Positions 61,239 to 64,000 of a stretch of 64,000 nt of DNA are shown one piece after another (the first letter of the stretch is position 1; each line of letters starts with the position of its first letter). A program made the translations under genes and the position numbers. Below the pieces are notes generated by a model. It worked only from the letters and a program-made list of their open reading frames with translations. It searched no databases and had not been told where the DNA came from. This DNA comes from an uncultured candidate division Zixibacteria bacterium (GTDB taxonomy: Bacteria; Zixibacteria; MSB-5A5; UBA10806). Location: contig CAWDFP010000006.1 of assembly GCA_963801605.1 (NCBI GenBank), positions 1,312,001 to 1,376,000 of the forward strand, read 5' to 3'.

Positions 61239-63918
61239 ACTTATTTTAATAGACGGTTCGGCGGTTGTTTATCGAGGTTACTTCGCATTTATCCGCAACC
61301 CGCTGATAAATTCGCATGGCGAAAATACCGGAGCCGTGTTTGCGTTTATCAGTTCTCTTACGAAAATAATTAATGAACAGCAACCTGATTATCTGGCCGT
61401 AGTATTCGATACCCCCAAACCGACTTTTCGCCATAAAATACATGCCGAATATAAAGCTAACCGCGTCAAACCGCCCGCCGAATTGATTGAGCAATGGCCC
61501 TGGATCGAGGAAGTCGTCGCTGGTTTTAATATTAAAGTTATCAAGATGGAAGGCTACGAGGCTGATGATATCATCGGCACGCTTTCCGAACAGGCAATGA
61601 GGAAAGGGATTGAAACTCTGCTGTTTTCGGGAGACAAAGATTTCTTTCAATTAGTGCGCGATAATGTCAAGATTCTTCATCCCAAAGATTTTTCCATTAT
61701 GGATGCTAATGCCGTGAAGGAAAAATTCGGAGTATTACCCGAAAAGGTAATCGACACCTTGGCGCTGATGGGAGATAAATCCGATAATGTCCCCGGCATA
61801 CCTGGCGTGGGGACAAAGACGGCCGTTGCACTGATCGATGAATACGGTGATCTTGATACCGCCCTTGAGAAGGGGCCCAAAGAAAAGAAGGGTAAGCTCG
61901 CCGAGCTCCTTGCCACCTATAAAGAGCAGGCTATTCTATCCAAAAAATTAGTGACGATTGATATGAATTGCCCGGTTGAGCTTAATCTCGATGAATTGAA
62001 AATTCAAAAACCTAACTCCGATGTTCTTATACCGCTGTTTCGACGGTTGGAATTCAAAGGCCTGGCCGATAAACTGGCTGCTCCCCAAGCGGTGAATCTT
62101 TTCGCCACCGAAACAGAAGGACCGATCGCGGCCTATAAAACTGTTCGCGATCTTTCCGAACTCGATAACGTGCTCGCAAGTATGGCAAAGCTCAAGGAGT
62201 TGGCGCTCGATACGGAAACAACCTCGCCCAACGCCATTGACGCCAGTCTGGTTGGTATCTCGCTTTGCGCCAAAGAGGGGAATGCTTTTTATATTCCGAT
62301 AGCGCACACTACGGGGACAAGCCTGCCGATGGGTGAGGTGCTGGAACGGTTTGAAAAATTTTTCAAGGCGGATATCAAAATCATCGGCCATAATATTAAA
62401 TATGATCGCCAGGTTCTTCGAAACCACGGCTTATATATGGATAAGCTTGCGTTTGATACTATGATCGGAGCGTATTTGCTCGATCCCGGCAAACGCGCCT
62501 ACGATCTTGATTCCCTTGCCCTCGAATTTTTCAACTATAAGAAAGTTTCAATAACCGAGCTTATCGGCAAAGGGAAAAAGCAGATCGGTTTTGCGGACGT
62601 GCCAATAGACAAGGCTACCATGTATTCCGCCGAGGACGCTGATTTCACGTTTCGGCTCAAACAGTTGATCGAACCGCAAATAAAGGAACTCAAGCTTTTG
62701 CCGCTTTTGAATGATATCGAAATGCCCCTGGTGCCCGTGTTGGGTGATATGGAGGAAACCGGTGTCAGAATCGATCTCGGATTCTTAAAAGAGCTTTCCA
62801 AAGATTATGGCCATAAGTTAAAAAGTATCGAACAAAAAATTTATACGGAATGCGGCGAGGAGTTCAATCTTAATTCTCCTCAGCAGCTTGGCCGAATACT
62901 TTTCGATAAGCTCAAACTCAAATCTACTCGTCGTACAGCCAAAGGAGGCTCCCGGGCAACATCTGTTGATATCTTGGAAAAGCTGGCCCTGACTCATCAA
63001 GTGCCTCGAATGGTTCTGGAGTACCGTCAGTTAACGAAACTTAAATCGACTTATATCGATGCTCTTCCACTAATGGTTAATCCTCGCACCGGGCGCGTGC
63101 ATACCAGTTTCAATCAGACTATCGCGGCCACTGGACGGTTGTCGTCCACAGACCCCAATCTTCAAAATATCCCTATCAAAACCGATGAGGGCCGAGAGAT
63201 TCGAAAAGCGTTTATTCCTCGCGGTAATGAATATAAGTTTGTTTCCGCCGATTACTCCCAGATTGAGCTTCGCATTATGGCTCATTTTGCCGGCGACACC
63301 ACCATGATTGAATCGTTTAAGCGTGGCGAAGATATCCATAGGCGTACAGCAGCCGAGGTTTACGGAGTCGAAATCGAAAATGTTACGCCCGCTCAGAGAC
63401 GGAAGGCTAAGACTGCCAATTTCGCGATCATCTATGGTGTCTCCGCCTATGGATTGGCTCAACAATCGGAGTTAACCCTATCGGAATCAAAAGAATTCAT
63501 CGATGTTTATTTCGAGCGTTATCCTGGAATCAGGAAATACATGGACCGCACGATTGAATTTGCCCATAAAAACGGTTATGTCTCCACGCTCTTCGAGAGA
63601 CGGCGTTATTTACCCGATATAGACGCCAAATCGGCTCAAGCGCGAGCCTTCGCGGAACGGATTGCAATCAATACACCGATCCAGGGAACCGCGGCTGATA
63701 TGATTAAAATTGCCATGATTCATATCGCCCAACGTATGAAAAATATGAAATCGAAAATGATCCTTCAGGTGCATGACGAACTTGTGTTTGACGCTCATCA
63801 GGATGAACTCGACGAGCTTAAGGCGCTTGTCAAACATGAAATGGAGCATGCTGTGGAGCTCAATGTCCCGATCAGGACCGATATCGCCGTTGGCAATAAT
63901 TGGCTGGAGGCCAAATGA
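61231..63918 (+). CDS. polA: DNA polymerase I
   Basis: LIDG, EADD, DTET, DYSQIELR, K..NF..IYG, QVHDEL; start at ATG 61231. Confidence 0.97.
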   Translation: MSKLILIDGSAVVYRGYFAFIRNPLINSHGENTGAVFAFISSLTKIINEQQPDYLAVVFDTPKPTFRHKIHAEYKANRVKPPAELIEQWPWIEEVVAGFNIKVIKMEGYEADDIIGTLSEQAMRKGIETLLFSGDKDFFQLVRDNVKILHPKDFSIMDANAVKEKFGVLPEKVIDTLALMGDKSDNVPGIPGVGTKTAVALIDEYGDLDTALEKGPKEKKGKLAELLATYKEQAILSKKLVTIDMNCPVELNLDELKIQKPNSDVLIPLFRRLEFKGLADKLAAPQAVNLFATETEGPIAAYKTVRDLSELDNVLASMAKLKELALDTETTSPNAIDASLVGISLCAKEGNAFYIPIAHTTGTSLPMGEVLERFEKFFKADIKIIGHNIKYDRQVLRNHGLYMDKLAFDTMIGAYLLDPGKRAYDLDSLALEFFNYKKVSITELIGKGKKQIGFADVPIDKATMYSAEDADFTFRLKQLIEPQIKELKLLPLLNDIEMPLVPVLGDMEETGVRIDLGFLKELSKDYGHKLKSIEQKIYTECGEEFNLNSPQQLGRILFDKLKLKSTRRTAKGGSRATSVDILEKLALTHQVPRMVLEYRQLTKLKSTYIDALPLMVNPRTGRVHTSFNQTIAATGRLSSTDPNLQNIPIKTDEGREIRKAFIPRGNEYKFVSADYSQIELRIMAHFAGDTTMIESFKRGEDIHRRTAAEVYGVEIENVTPAQRRKAKTANFAIIYGVSAYGLAQQSELTLSESKEFIDVYFERYPGIRKYMDRTIEFAHKNGYVSTLFERRRYLPDIDAKSAQARAFAERIAINTPIQGTAADMIKIAMIHIAQRMKNMKSKMILQVHDELVFDAHQDELDELKALVKHEMEHAVELNVPIRTDIAVGNNWLEAK

Positions 63919-64000
63919 TCATTATCGGATTAACCGGTGGCCCGGGGACAGGCAAATCGCTGGCCGCAAAATATCTTGCCGAAAGAGGCGCTATCATACT
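63915..64000 (+). CDS. coaE: Dephospho-CoA kinase, 5' partial
   Basis: MIIIGLTGGPGTGKS, ATGA overlap with polA. Confidence 0.85.
   Translation, partial: MIIIGLTGGPGTGKSLAAKYLAERGAII

Noticed and set aside
1..64000. CRISPR arrays, tRNA/rRNA genes, transposases
   Set aside because: No spaced direct-repeat array, tRNA/rRNA-like sequence or transposase motif was recognised by eye

Overview
Bacterial chromosome segment. Secreted proteins with dockerin-like (GDVNG..NGLD) and 'YPNPFN' C-terminal domains suggest an FCB-group organism such as candidate phylum Zixibacteria (inference). The right half is mostly housekeeping: lptD, moeA, ctpA, rnhC, efp, ftsK-lolA, rimO, bamD, nadD, polA, coaE. The main signal is a phage-derived head and packaging system split into two operons about 15 kb apart with host genes in between. 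The minus-strand head operon (<1-7524) encodes a prohead protease, decoration protein, major capsid protein, neck-adaptor-like protein and two signal-peptide proteins. The plus-strand packaging operon (22430-25937) encodes portal, TerS-like and intact TerL. Both operons are preceded by the same ~50-bp element (identical 12-bp and 28-bp blocks). A sigma-region-4-like gene between them shares a CxxC/His domain with the TerS candidate. No integrase, replication, tail or recognisable lysis gene is visible in the window, which fits a domesticated gene-transfer-agent-like system, although the head operon runs off the left edge. Other notable items: a UGA-recoded (UxxC) exported thioredoxin with a SECIS-like hairpin; two related sigma54-type small RNA candidates with anti-Shine-Dalgarno loops; palindromic elements before and inside terL; and a Hel308-like helicase with a winged-helix tail. 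Many single-base frameshifts, including in ftsK and rimO, point to sequencing indels, so pseudogene calls here are unreliable.
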